A stretch of DNA of 61,116 nt, counting the filler, from Stramenopiles sp. TOSAG23-6 (lineage: Eukaryota): NCBI GenBank assembly GCA_900128565.1. It is 4 parts of 4 records of this genome, joined end to end, with 100 filler letters (N's around TTAATTAATTAA, not from the genome) between each part and the next. Parts side by side here need not be neighbours in the genome. Positions count along the whole stretch, not along the records: positions 45,957 to 61,116 come from LT636126.1; 3 more parts are not named here. One strand, written 5' to 3'. Shown in pieces: positions 49,680 through 61,065 of the stretch; positions within the stretch are counted from its first letter, which is position 1, and the number at the start of each line of letters is the position of its first letter. The notes below the pieces were generated by a model, which saw only the letters and a list, made by a program, of their open reading frames with translations, had not been told where the DNA came from and ran no database searches. The position numbers and the translations under genes were made by a program.

Positions 49680-50431
49680 GTTATTTTTTACCTCATACAC
49701 TTTGTGTTTCTTTCTTCCAAAATAGTTTCCCTTTGTTTCATTTAGTAAGTATACACCTCACCGAGTTCTCCACATTCCATCATATCATGAGATTTAATAG
49801 TTAACGAGTAATTTGCGGTTTTATTTTCTCATATACAGATAATAAGTTGGCTGTCATGTTCCTCTTTTGCTCGTGAGCTCTGGTCTCTCTATGGGTATTA
49901 GTAGTACTCTCAGTCTTATTGCTGGTCTATTTGGTGTGATATGTCAGTTCTCACAAAGCCCACTCCACCTGCGTTGTCGATTATTTGGAATCATGTGTCT
50001 ATAAATACGAACGATTCTCCTGTATTAAGTATTACTCTCACACAGGACGGTGACGCCATCTCCATTTTAAATATTTTCATTTGCAATTTTCATCTTCAAA
50101 ATAAATTAATATATTAGAATTTAGATTGTTTTTATTCGATAATATATTCTACTTTGAAACGTACTATTCAACCTAGCCGGCTTGCTTGCATGATCGAATT
50201 AGTGGCCTAAATGTAAGATATGCAGTTAACATCATGGTCATGGTCATGGAAACAAACGAATTCATCGAGCGGGCTAGTCACACGTGGCATTAAAATTTAA
50301 AATACTACTTTGGAATATACGGGTACCGGTATAAATGCTACCTTGGTAGTCGAGTCACTTTTGTCCAACGACCGATTAAACCCTTTATTGCTGGACATCG
50401 ATCGATCAATCGATCAATAGCGGATACTCTA

Positions 50432-51424
50432 ATGAGTGATGTCGAAGAAGAATATCAAGTTCCACTTGAAGCTTTCCCAAAGGAAGGTCCTCGGCACTAC
50501 ATATTTCGCCGAGTTCATGGGGAAGATGTACTTCAAAATGTGAAAGAATTGAAATGTGAGGGCGGTCTTGAAGTCTCTTCTAAAGGGGATAGCGCGCTTC
50601 TTTACGCCAAGTTTGGAGAGGAAGGGGGGCATGGTGGTGAAATTCGTGCTATCATGTACAACATAGATCCGGAAGATCTGAGTTACAACAACTCCAGAGA
50701 AGTTTTTCCGAGCCACAAAAAAGCATTCTTTCGTGCTGACGCTTCAACAGCTTGGGTTGACTACGGCGTGTGGAACGGTCCCATTCACCGCAGTGGAGGG
50801 CTCGGTTGTGGATTCATAGGTCAGGTTTGTGAGTTTGGTGCCCATTACGCAGAAGCAGGGAAAGTGGGTGACCTGGCGGAAGATCCTTGGTCATTCAGGG
50901 GAATTACTGCACTTATCAGTGTGGTGGACGAGCCACCGATTGAATCGATTCCTGAAGAACATCGACATTTAATACCACCTGAATTTAAACCGCTACCGAA
51001 AGGTACCCTTTTATTCACTTTATATTTCGATGATGGATCAGGTCACTATGGTAAAAGCGCGCCTATTCCTTTAAATCTTATGTTTGAACCAGTAAAGGAA
51101 TGTGATGCTACTGTATCAGTTGTACGTCTTCTTTTTCAATTTCGAACTTATTTTTTTTGGTACGTAATTTCGTACCTAACAATTTTTACAAAAAAAAAAT
51201 TCACAATATATGTACCGCCCCACGTTGCGGAGCATATCCGGAGCATAAAGAAAAATAAGAAAAAAGATCAAAAAGTTGGAGGTGACAATCATGAAAAAGT
51301 TAGAGATGACAATCAGATGAAAAAAAGTATCAATAAAAGAGACGCATCTACTCAGGAATTTCAACCAAATCAAAAAATGAAGCAAAATAATCCAAACAAA
51401 AAAGCTAAACATAATATAAAATGA
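50432..51424 (+). CDS. Hypothetical protein; exons 50432-51121, 51212-51424
   Basis: Long ORF with coding-like composition; reads through a 90-nt family intron. Confidence 0.7.
   Translation: MSDVEEEYQVPLEAFPKEGPRHYIFRRVHGEDVLQNVKELKCEGGLEVSSKGDSALLYAKFGEEGGHGGEIRAIMYNIDPEDLSYNNSREVFPSHKKAFFRADASTAWVDYGVWNGPIHRSGGLGCGFIGQVCEFGAHYAEAGKVGDLAEDPWSFRGITALISVVDEPPIESIPEEHRHLIPPEFKPLPKGTLLFTLYFDDGSGHYGKSAPIPLNLMFEPVKECDATVSVVRLLFQFRTYFFWYVISYLTIFTKKKFTIYVPPHVAEHIRSIKKNKKKDQKVGGDNHEKVRDDNQMKKSINKRDASTQEFQPNQKMKQNNPNKKAKHNIK
51122..51211 (+). mobile_element. Introner-like intron GT...AT, 3n and stop-free (exon ends TT)
   Basis: TCA GTT|gtacg...tcacaatatat|GTA CCG with core. Confidence 0.75.
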
Positions 51425-51612
51425 AGATTTTCACATCTACAAAAGAAATGATTTAGGTACAAAATTTCATAGTAAAAAAATACTTTCAAATTCAAGCTGT
51501 TGCATCAAAATATAAATTTTATTTATTTGTCTCTGAAATTTCTTCATTTTTTTTCAATTTCAATTTTTTTTATTTGTTTTTCGTACAAAATTTTGTACCT
51601 AGCTAACAAAAT

Positions 51613-52665
51613 TCACTCAGTTTTTAAAAACGATACAAACTTTTCTAATACATTTGGAGGCGAAATACCAAATGCATAACCTACGGAGCACAAATTTTTC
51701 GCTAGAGCAGCTGATAATACTTTGTGAAAAAATATTTCAAGAAGAAAAAAAATGTTACTTTTGAAATATTTTGAAAAAAAAAAAAAAAAAAAAAATGTTA
51801 GGTATGAAATTTCTTACGAAAAAAAAACGATGAAACGTACATGGAATTCCAATCTTATTTCGTTCTCGACTCTCATTCATCTCCTTTTCTCCCGGTACTA
51901 AAATAGGACCTGGCGCTTCTTCAGCAAGTGGTAGCCCATGCAAAATATCGCACAAAGTTTGCATTCTTTCAGCATAATTTTCAGTTCCAAATTTTGCAGG
52001 ATCAACACAGATAAAATATTGTAAAAAAATATTTCAAAAACATTTTTTGATTTTTTTTTGTAAGGTACGAAATTTACTATGAAAAAAAAATGAAATGAAA
52101 GAAAGCAATTTACAAACATTGACCTAATTCCGCTGGTTCTTTTCTGTCTTTTGTATTTGGATTCATAACCATACCCAGTTGTGTACTAAATTTAGCTGAG
52201 TGACCTGCAAATACACCACAGAGCATTTCAACCATCATGTATCATGAAAAAATATGTCAAATTCGAAATTTGTTAAGTATAAAAAATGTATACTAAAAAA
52301 ATTTGAAATTGAAAAAAATAAATGTGAAATTGGAATGGATGATAAAAATATACATTCCAAGACAATATCCTTTATAACCATTGCCATGTATTGTGAAATA
52401 AAATGTTTACAGTTTGAATTTGTTAGGTACCAAAGTTTGTAACAAAATGTAGTACCAAAAAAAAAAAAAAAACTCAGGTACAAAATTTTGTACGAAAAAA
52501 AAATACAGGTGTTTCGGCTCCACCCAATGGAAGTAAGCCTCCGCCAGCAAATACTTCTTTGCACACACGAGTAGGACGACCTTTGCTGTCGAGACCCCAT
52601 TGAGAGTTTTTTGGTAGAGGTTTTCCCTCTCGCATATAAACTTCAACTTTACCTAATGGAATTAC
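51613..52665 (-). CDS. Ldh_2 (type-2 malate/L-lactate dehydrogenase family) C-terminal half; exons 52665-52507, 52385-52354, 52236-52114, 52013-51841, 51716-51613
   Basis: GKVEVY, WGLDSKGRPT, LLPLGG, GYKGYCLGMMVEMLCG, LGQCFICVDP, ILVPGEKE after splicing. Confidence 0.85.
51717..51840 (-). mobile_element. Introner-like intron GT...AT
   Basis: CCA T|gtacg...cacaaagtat|TA TCA. Confidence 0.8.
52014..52113 (-). mobile_element. Introner-like intron GT...TT
   Basis: TGT TT|gtaaa...tacaatattt|T ATC restores GQCFICVDP. Confidence 0.85.
52237..52353 (-). mobile_element. Introner-like intron GT...AT
   Basis: GGA AT|gtata...catgatacat|G ATG restores LGMMVE. Confidence 0.85.
52386..52506 (-). mobile_element. 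Introner-like intron GT...AT, two cores (exon ends CT)
   Basis: ACA CCT|gtattt...cacaatacat|GGC AAT. Confidence 0.8.
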
Positions 52666-52770
52666 ATATTGAAAAAATATATTTAAAGTATACAACAACG
52701 TTAGTTTTTGTACCATTACCAAAATTAACAAAATTAGCAAAATTCGTTAAAAAAACAAAAATTAAAATGT

Positions 52771-55700
52771 ATCGTGTTTATCTGTATTTGAAGAAACAAA
52801 ATTTGTATTTTTTTCATTTTCTGTAGATTTAGATATATCAGCAGAGGTGTGTAGAATAGACACTAACTTCGCATTGCCAATAACACCCATCCATCCTGAC
52901 ATGTCTGACTTTCCTGATTGGGTGATAACACCAACAGACAGATCGGGCTCACTTGATGCAATTTCATCTTCAATTCTCACAGAAAAACGCCAAACATGAA
53001 TGCCCGAATGATATCCTGAGGAAGCTGCCATTAGTTTCCATCGCTTTGACACAGTAGTTAAATCTGGTTCATCATTAAATGTTATTTCATTGATTCGATT
53101 TGGCAGTCCATGACAATCACTCATTTTTTTAGTCGTAGTTTGTGGTTCTGGAGTATGGGGACGACAATCTGACGACACAGTTGCAGAAAAATCGGGTGGC
53201 ACTCCAAACATATCGGATATATCAAGATCTCTTGTATTTTCACTGGCACCAGACCTCCAAAGTCTATACTGTTGTATTGTAGAGTCTGATTGTGACGCTT
53301 CTTCGTCTTCAATAATGTTTCGGGTTTCTCGTACATCGTCTCTATTGCCGCTAAATGAAAGTGATGCATCTTCCCAAGTCAGTTCATTCAATCTTTCATA
53401 ATCTCCCTCACCAGTATCATTTGTAATATCTTCATCTAATGCTTTCTCGTTTTCTGTATCATTTTGTGGTATATTTTTTGACACCCGACTTGTCCGAGAA
53501 TTCATCATAAAAGTTCGATTCCCATTTTCAAGAGAAAAAATTGCAGAGTTCTTATCTCTAGCATTGGAATCTTCGGGTCTAGGTACAGGGGTTGACATAC
53601 ATGGATGCATCATAAATTTTGGATCAAAATGAAGCCTTTCCTTCAGTCGTCGGGAAGGTGTAACAAGGAAACTGTTATTATAATTTTCGGTACGAGAATT
53701 TTGAAAAGTAATGTCGATTTCTCGATATGTATAAAAAGTAGGTAAACCAAAGCCTGTAGAACGACTTTTCGGCAATTGATGTATTGTGAAAAATATTTTA
53801 ATTTAACATTAGTTAGGTGAAAAATTTTCTATGGAAAAAAATAAATAAAATTAATGATGTAAACGTACATGGGATGGATACTCGGCTCGTTTTTTATCTG
53901 TATTACCTTGAGAATAACAGTCTTTAATAATTTCCATAATAGAATTATCATATTGCTCCTTGCTTTGATGATTTCGATCATACCAAGGATCACCGCTACC
54001 AGAACTTTCCGATGAAGTAATTCTATAATTTTCACCTTCTTCAAGACAAACAGTCTTGTTCTTTTTATCCGTTCTGCAGCATGATTCATGCATTACATCA
54101 TGTATTAGTTCTGAATATGCATAACCAAGTTCATCTCGAGGACTATTATCATCAATACTTACTTCCACTAGAAGTTCACGAGTACGACATAACCACAATC
54201 TCACAACATGAGTCCGCTGTAATTGACCCCCATTTACATCAGGGTTCACTGCGCGACCAAGAGCTTTCAATTCAACACATTTACGTGCAACAAATTCAAA
54301 CCCAACCTGTCCGTCCCAGTTATCTCTCACACCTGTATACAATACCTTAAATGTATTTGCCAGTGCAGAAGGTCCAGCAGACTCTTCCCATATCATCGCA
54401 TCAACACACTCGAGTGCATCTTTAGATTGTTTTGCGGCTGGTAGCATTTCAACCACTTTAGATACTGAGGCACAAAGTTGTACTATACTTGGTAACATTA
54501 CGGATGCGAGCCATAAACGAGATGACAAAAGAGATAACGCAGTTGCAAAGGTCGGTAGTAAAGTACCAACGAAAGAGCCTTGTAATAATCGCTCTACTAA
54601 AACAGGCGGTGCTCCGCAATCGAGTTGTTTCCGCGCCGTATCCAACAGTCGTCTACAAGAATATAATAATAAACTCCCATAACGCCTCAGAACTTGACAC
54701 GGTGGTTCAGTAGCAGCGCGACAAGATGCCGCTAGTGAAACTAAATGCCTTTGGTATGCATAGAGCAGAGCATCGGCAGATGCTATCAGAGTGCATTCAT
54801 CTTTTTTTAATTTATATTTTACATTCATCTTATCGCTACCAATAAACGAAGCTTCATCATTACTTGTGTTTTTTTCCGACGATGCATTAATATCAAAAAG
54901 AGACTTCTCAGACACCATAGAAAAAAGCATTGAAAGTAGGTCCGCAATATGCAACAATTCTTCCTGTGAATAACCAATACCATTACGAGTTTTTTTTATT
55001 GGGCGTATATTTTCATCTGCAATAGATATACTTTTTTCTTTACTCAGTATCTCTTTTTTGCCAGATCCATTAGTTGGTTTGATACTATCGATTGGATTTA
55101 CCGAAACTTCAGCAATGTAATCTATAGGTAAAAGGGACACAACGCCTTTTGCGGATGTAGAGAACCGCATCAAAAGACGGTTGAGTAATGCATATCTAGG
55201 TGAATTAATATCATATGGTGTATTTCTATGTTCTTTTATCAATGATGCTAATAGCTCGAAGCGCTGTCTACTTGATGGGTACAATAATTCTAATCCAACT
55301 TCAACCGCATTTACAGCCTCGAGTCGAACATAATGCATAAGCTTATCATTTCCAATTGCATACTTCAATGTAGAATTTAATATTTCAAACGCAGAAGAAC
55401 TTAATCCAACTTCTTCGGGTCGGACGTGAGCGTCTATCAACCTTTGTAAATGAAATGATACAAGTCGGAGGAGCGAGACACAGATAGATTCAGCCTGTTC
55501 TCTATCATTGTCTTCATTATCATTGTTTTCAGGTATATTCTCAGCGAGCGGCAGTTGCACATCAAGTAGCCTACGTATTTGTGAAAAAGCAGCTAGAGAA
55601 ACCTGGAGACAATATGGAAGTTCTAAATCTATAGTAGATGGGGAATATTCATCTGATATTCTCCCTTTAGCCTTTTGTTTATTTACTGCGACCGATTTCT

Positions 55701-58700
55701 CAAGTTTTCCAGGATCCTTCGAAGTATTTATATCAAAACCGCAATGGATTGCACTCAGTTTGACAACGACATTCAGGATAGATTCGGCCACGTCACCACG
55801 GGTCGGTCGACCATCCGATCGGCGTGAACATAATAGAGACCGAATCTTCATCGGCGGTGAAGGTGGCGACAATGAGAGATGTGGTGATAACCACAATGCT
55901 AGAGGACACACTTTATCTATTATCCGATGACGTTTTTTTCCATTTGAGATAGGTGGAATACACGTAACGCGGATTATTAATTTCGAAACTCCGCTGATAT
56001 CGACAGAAAACGTACAGAGTCTTTGATAATGGGATATGTCAATACCATCTGAGGAACTATTTTGTTTTGAAGTAGACCTAGTAAACACAACACGGCTTTG
56101 AGAACTTGTTACATGCGCTTCCCACAATAGTTTACTGTCACCACTAATTGAAAAACTCATTATGGAGTTATTCTTACTATCATCTTCGAATGCGACGCGG
56201 CCTTGAAAAGATCGAAATTTTGTATTAGTTAGATCATAAGATGCCACAAGGGATGGGAAAGTATTGTGAGAATTCCAAAGATTTTTCCCTCCTTTTCGTT
56301 TCATTCTCAGGAAATCTGCGTCTTTTTCGGGAAGAAACATACAAAGGCTATTCGTCGGAACAGCAATACCATCTACACGAATTTCTTTTCTACCTAAATG
56401 TTTCATAAGTTCTTGAGCCGAACAGTTACAACATATAGCAAGATTATCTACAATATCCGAAGAAACTTGTAAAACCTCCGTTGTTTCGGTTTCTTTTTCA
56501 GTCACATCAGTATCTAGCATTACAGTTGGCACAACTCTTGAAAAACCATCATGAGTTTGTCTTAAAATATTATTGGTACCTATCTCACTGCCGTGTGAAA
56601 CGTTATTCTCAGTGTCTCCTCTTTCGAAATTATCAGTACCAGTCGTGATTGGCCATTTTGCAACAGGTGGTAGTTCAATTACTGATGATACAGCATCAGA
56701 GGTTGTACACTTTGATTGGTCGCCATTTTTAAACATATTGATCTTTACAGGAAGGTCTATCAACGAAGCTGCCGAATACGGTAAAATATTTCGTGGTGCG
56801 CCTATTCTTTCAACTTTAAGCAATGTTACCGCCCTTCCAGTGCCATAAAATGTGCACGCTGGAAATATTTCTTCTCCATTTCCCGTGACACCCGTGAACG
56901 CTATTCCTTGTGATTCACCATTTACCGAGAAAGAAATTGTACCCTTATCAAGGTCTAACTCAACACGTACTACATCACCTGGATGCCATTTACTCATAGG
57001 CTGAATTACCCTTCGTGAGCGTGAATATAAGTTACCGTTATATGCTCGATACATCCATAAACTTTCACTTCTTTCGTAGTTAGAATCAGAGACTGGTCGA
57101 ATAGCTGCTCCAACACAAGTCATTTCATCATTAAGTTTGTCACTTTCCAACCTAAATTCCCACGCAAACCTACCAGTACCAGAGAAGCCTACATCAACCA
57201 AAGCGTGCGAATTTGAGCTACTATTACTATGTACCTGTTGACCATTACTCCGCAAATCAATAGATGCAGAAGAAGCCTGTCGATCAAAAGATGCTTCTAT
57301 CAATTGAGAACCAGATGAATTTTTCATACTACAAAACTGAGACTTGGAGGTACGTGAACGCAACCTCTTCTCTTCGTCACAAATATCATTAATGTTTACT
57401 AGTAGTGAGAGTGCTGCTCGATTTTCTCGCGCAAAAGTTGCATCTGTTATATTTTTTTCTAATATTTCTTTAGGTGCTGAAGTATGTTGCGATGGAGATG
57501 CAAATTTGGAACTTGGTCGAAAGAAAAGATTTCTCGACGATTCAAGTAAAGTTGAAATAAACTGAATAAGCAAAACAAAGGAAGCGGAACCTGACACTAA
57601 TTGTAACATTAGAGACAAAGACAAACACGAAATAGCACGACTAGATTTTCCACAGCGTATTTTCATGATATTTCGAGTTACTGCGATCTTTTCCTTGTGG
57701 GTCATAGTACGAGCTTGTACAGTATTCTTTTGCAAACTATGGATAAGTTTATCAATTTCATCAGTTTCGCCATTGTCGTTAGAATTTTGAAGTGTTTCCT
57801 TTTCATTTTTCTTTGGATCAATATTTTCGTCTTCTTTTTGTCTAATTTCCTGTGCATTGACAATATGCGATAGCCATTCTTGCATCGATTGTAGAGAATC
57901 CGCAGGTGCAGTACATACTGCATGTGGCACAACACTTTTGACGACTACTTCTTCTATCCCGAAACAATTTTTCCTATTCAATGGGTGAAATCCACTCATG
58001 CGCAAACGCAAATGACGTGCAGATATACCATGCGCTTCTAAACGCTGCGTTCCTTTATTACAGAGTATTAAACACACTCTCTGCCATTGACCATCTTCAT
58101 CATCTACAGGTGGTACAGTGTCGGAAGCATCCGAGATGTCAAGCGCACAATGTGAAGGTATTTGTGTTGAAGCCCAACGAACAACTACTGAAGAAATAGG
58201 ATGAACTCGGTCAAGGGAAACTCTCCAATACGCTGGATCGTTTGGATTTCGACGTCTTTTTGATCTCCATGCTCGATTTCTGAGGCTACCTCTTTCACTC
58301 CGATTCGCACCAACAGAAGCACTTGCACGTAAATAAGATAGCGGCGATAAAGTACTCGCAGCTAACGAAGATGCTGAAGCACGGTCAAGCCATCTTGAAG
58401 TCCAACGACTAGATGTTTCCCCAAAGATTCGAGTTCTGCTACTATTATTGCTTGCAGTCGTAGTGTCACGCTCTCGAGAACTTGATAATGAACTGATACC
58501 ATCCGCGTCACTCGCTCTTTCTCTTAACGCATTTGCAGGTATTGTAAATCCAGTTGTCGTAGGTTCTGACAGAAGTGGTGATGAACTGCTTCTGCTCCTT
58601 TCTACAAATCCACTTTCTTCTGCGGTCGTTGTCGAGGCTGCAATGTGTGCTTGAAGTCGCGACAGATTATTACCACTGGTTTCCCCCCATAATTGTCTGA

Positions 58701-59691
58701 ACATACGGCTAATTCCCATTTCTTCACTTCTGACGTCACCTCGGACTCTTGCCGTCGGAGGTTCATCTTCCATCTCAGAAGATCTAGTTACACTCGAAGT
58801 GGAAATATCCCTCCATTGTAAAGCCATTGCCGCAGAATTTTCTGCACTTTCAACCGAAGATGCAACAGCATTAGATGGATCAATTATCAACTCAACTTCA
58901 GGAAAAGCAGGTGTTGGCGACCATTCTGAAAATAGATACGCAGGTGCAGAAGGTCCCGAACCTGAAACAAAACCTATACTTATCGCTTTTGCTACGGAGA
59001 CTATTGCAGGCCAAAGAATGCTAGGATCAGCAGAATAGTCATATGACTTTACTAATGTTGCAAGCATGGCAATACCAACTTCTTTGAGTTGAGCGTGTGG
59101 TAGAGGTTCTCCTCGGCGCTTGTGGGCAAAAGGTCTCTGTGCATGACTTCGCTCTTTTTGAAGAAAACGATGCACTACTTGCAAAACTTCCACTCGTTGC
59201 TTTTGCGCAATTGAAAATACCGAAGATGTTGTACGCAAGGAGCTTAGGTACTCTAATATACGTAACACTGTTACTTCCTTTTTAGACTTTTCTTCTCTCA
59301 CTCCTGCGTTACGGTGTAGGATAGAGTTGTTTACACGGTGTTGCAACTTATTCAATGAGCTATTTGTGTATTCCAAGGAATAAGTAGGAAATATAGGTTT
59401 ATTCGTTGCTTCGGATATACGATTAGATTTTGAATATAATAGAGTATCCATATTTTGCGAGTTGTTTATATTTGATCGAAAATTCATGGCAGTATTTGTT
59501 CTGTTCTGTGGACCAAGTAAGTTATCGAATCTATTTGGGTTTGTGGGACAAGACAACCGAGACTGAAAAGTGCTTGAAGATGCAAAAGCGACGAGGTTAT
59601 CGCCATTTCTGAGAAAGCTCTGCTCTACAACAGTACCATCAGTGAATCTACCATCATCACTTCCTCGAGCATTGGAAGCGGATATTCCCAT
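52771..59691 (-). CDS. N-terminal part of a giant SPRY / galactose-binding-like / NPCBM-like domain protein (HERC/HECT E3-like architecture); exons 59691-53869, 53778-52771
   Basis: SPRY: GRFAWEFRLE...TCVGAA...GDVVRVELDLDKGTISFSVNGESQGIAF; NPCBM-like YDL...FQGRV...VDISGVSKL; second SPRY start GIHVWRFSV; no HECT domain in the window. Confidence 0.72.
53779..53868 (-). mobile_element. Introner-like intron GT...AT
   Basis: TCC CAT|gtacg...cacaatacat|CAA TTG joins the 1975-aa and 337-aa ORFs in frame. Confidence 0.85.
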
Positions 59692-60372
59692 GACGAAGGA
59701 AAGATGAGTCTCCAAGTAGAACTCTTCGTGTCGTATGCGAGGAATGCAATGCAATGCAAAATTACAATCGAAAATCATAGGAACGGAAACGGAGGAGCGA
59801 TTTTGAAATACTTCTACGTAATAGCCGCTAGATATTTAGGGTTAGGGTTGTGTGGTCAGTGAATTATCCTTGACCACCAGTCAATACGCACGACGAGTAC
59901 GAGTCAAGAGTCGAGAAAAAAATTGTTGAACTTCGAGAGTGTCTTTTACTTTTATTTTTTTCTTTTACATGTTGGCACCATTGTTACAGCGAGATATAGT
60001 ATGTATTTCGCTGTTACAATGCTTCCGACAGAATGATTAAACAGCGGTTATGTTTCTGTTTGGGGAACCACCGTTTGCTTCGTTGTTTTCGTTTTTCACC
60101 ATTACCGCTTTTTTAGTTCTTATCATTTTTTTTTGTTTCCGTTAAAAAGATAGAATGACGACGAAAAACTACCTGCGCAGGGGCTTGTAGAGCTAAACGA
60201 TCCCTTCGAGGAAAGTTTTTCTCAATGAAAAAACAAAGTCATGCAAAATTGTTTCGGACTATCTTTGAAACTTTATTTTCCAACTTCCCGATTTCTTCAT
60301 ATAAATTCTTTTATTGTTGTTTGTATAATAATAAATAAAAATTAAACTTGAAAAAATATCCTCGCTTCTGTA

Positions 60373-61065
60373 TTATCTACATACTTTTGACGAAGTTGTA
60401 CAATGTATTAACTCAACTTGAAGTCCCTTTCCGAGACCATCAGCATAATCAGAACAATATTCTAACCCACTCAACTGCTTGTCAGCGACGAGCGTTCGAT
60501 CATCTCCGATAGGCAAACGTATTGTAATGTACTTAAACGGCAACTTATATGATCCCTCCATTTCTCGACATAGAGCTCGTGCATCTGTTATGACGACCTG
60601 TGTGGCGTTAGATATAGCTTCGACTGACACAATTGTATATGAGTCTTTTAAGTAAGCTAACGTTTCTCCATCATCTTCAAACCATTGGAAGGAAGCTTTG
60701 CCGCCTGCAGGAGGAATTCCAAGGACAACTTCGCGATGGTTCTTACCAACATGATGAACGCCTTCAAATGACCCTCCACTCAGGACAAGCCCACCACCCT
60801 CTCGAAGTAAGATGGGTGCACCACAACACTGAATCCCTGCATAGCTTGATGTATTTTGGAAAAATATTTCAAAAAAATATTCGTTAGGTACAAAATTGCG
60901 TACGAAAAAAAAACTCGATTTTTTTTGTATGAAAAAAAATAAAACATACATACACCATCTAAATGATTGTTATCTACATTTCTATCCAGTGGACAGTTGA
61001 CAGAAATAACACAACCACCTTGGAACCAGCTACCAGAATGTAAATCAAGCCATGAAGTTGTTGAC
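60373..61065 (-). CDS. Glycoside hydrolase family 31-like C-terminus, 5'-partial; exons 61065-60950, 60848-60373
   Basis: WLDLHSGSWFQGG...CPLD, PILLREGG, FEDDGETLAY. Confidence 0.7.
60849..60949 (-). mobile_element. Introner-like intron GT...AT
   Basis: GTA T|gtatg...ccaaaatacat|CA AGC. Confidence 0.85.
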
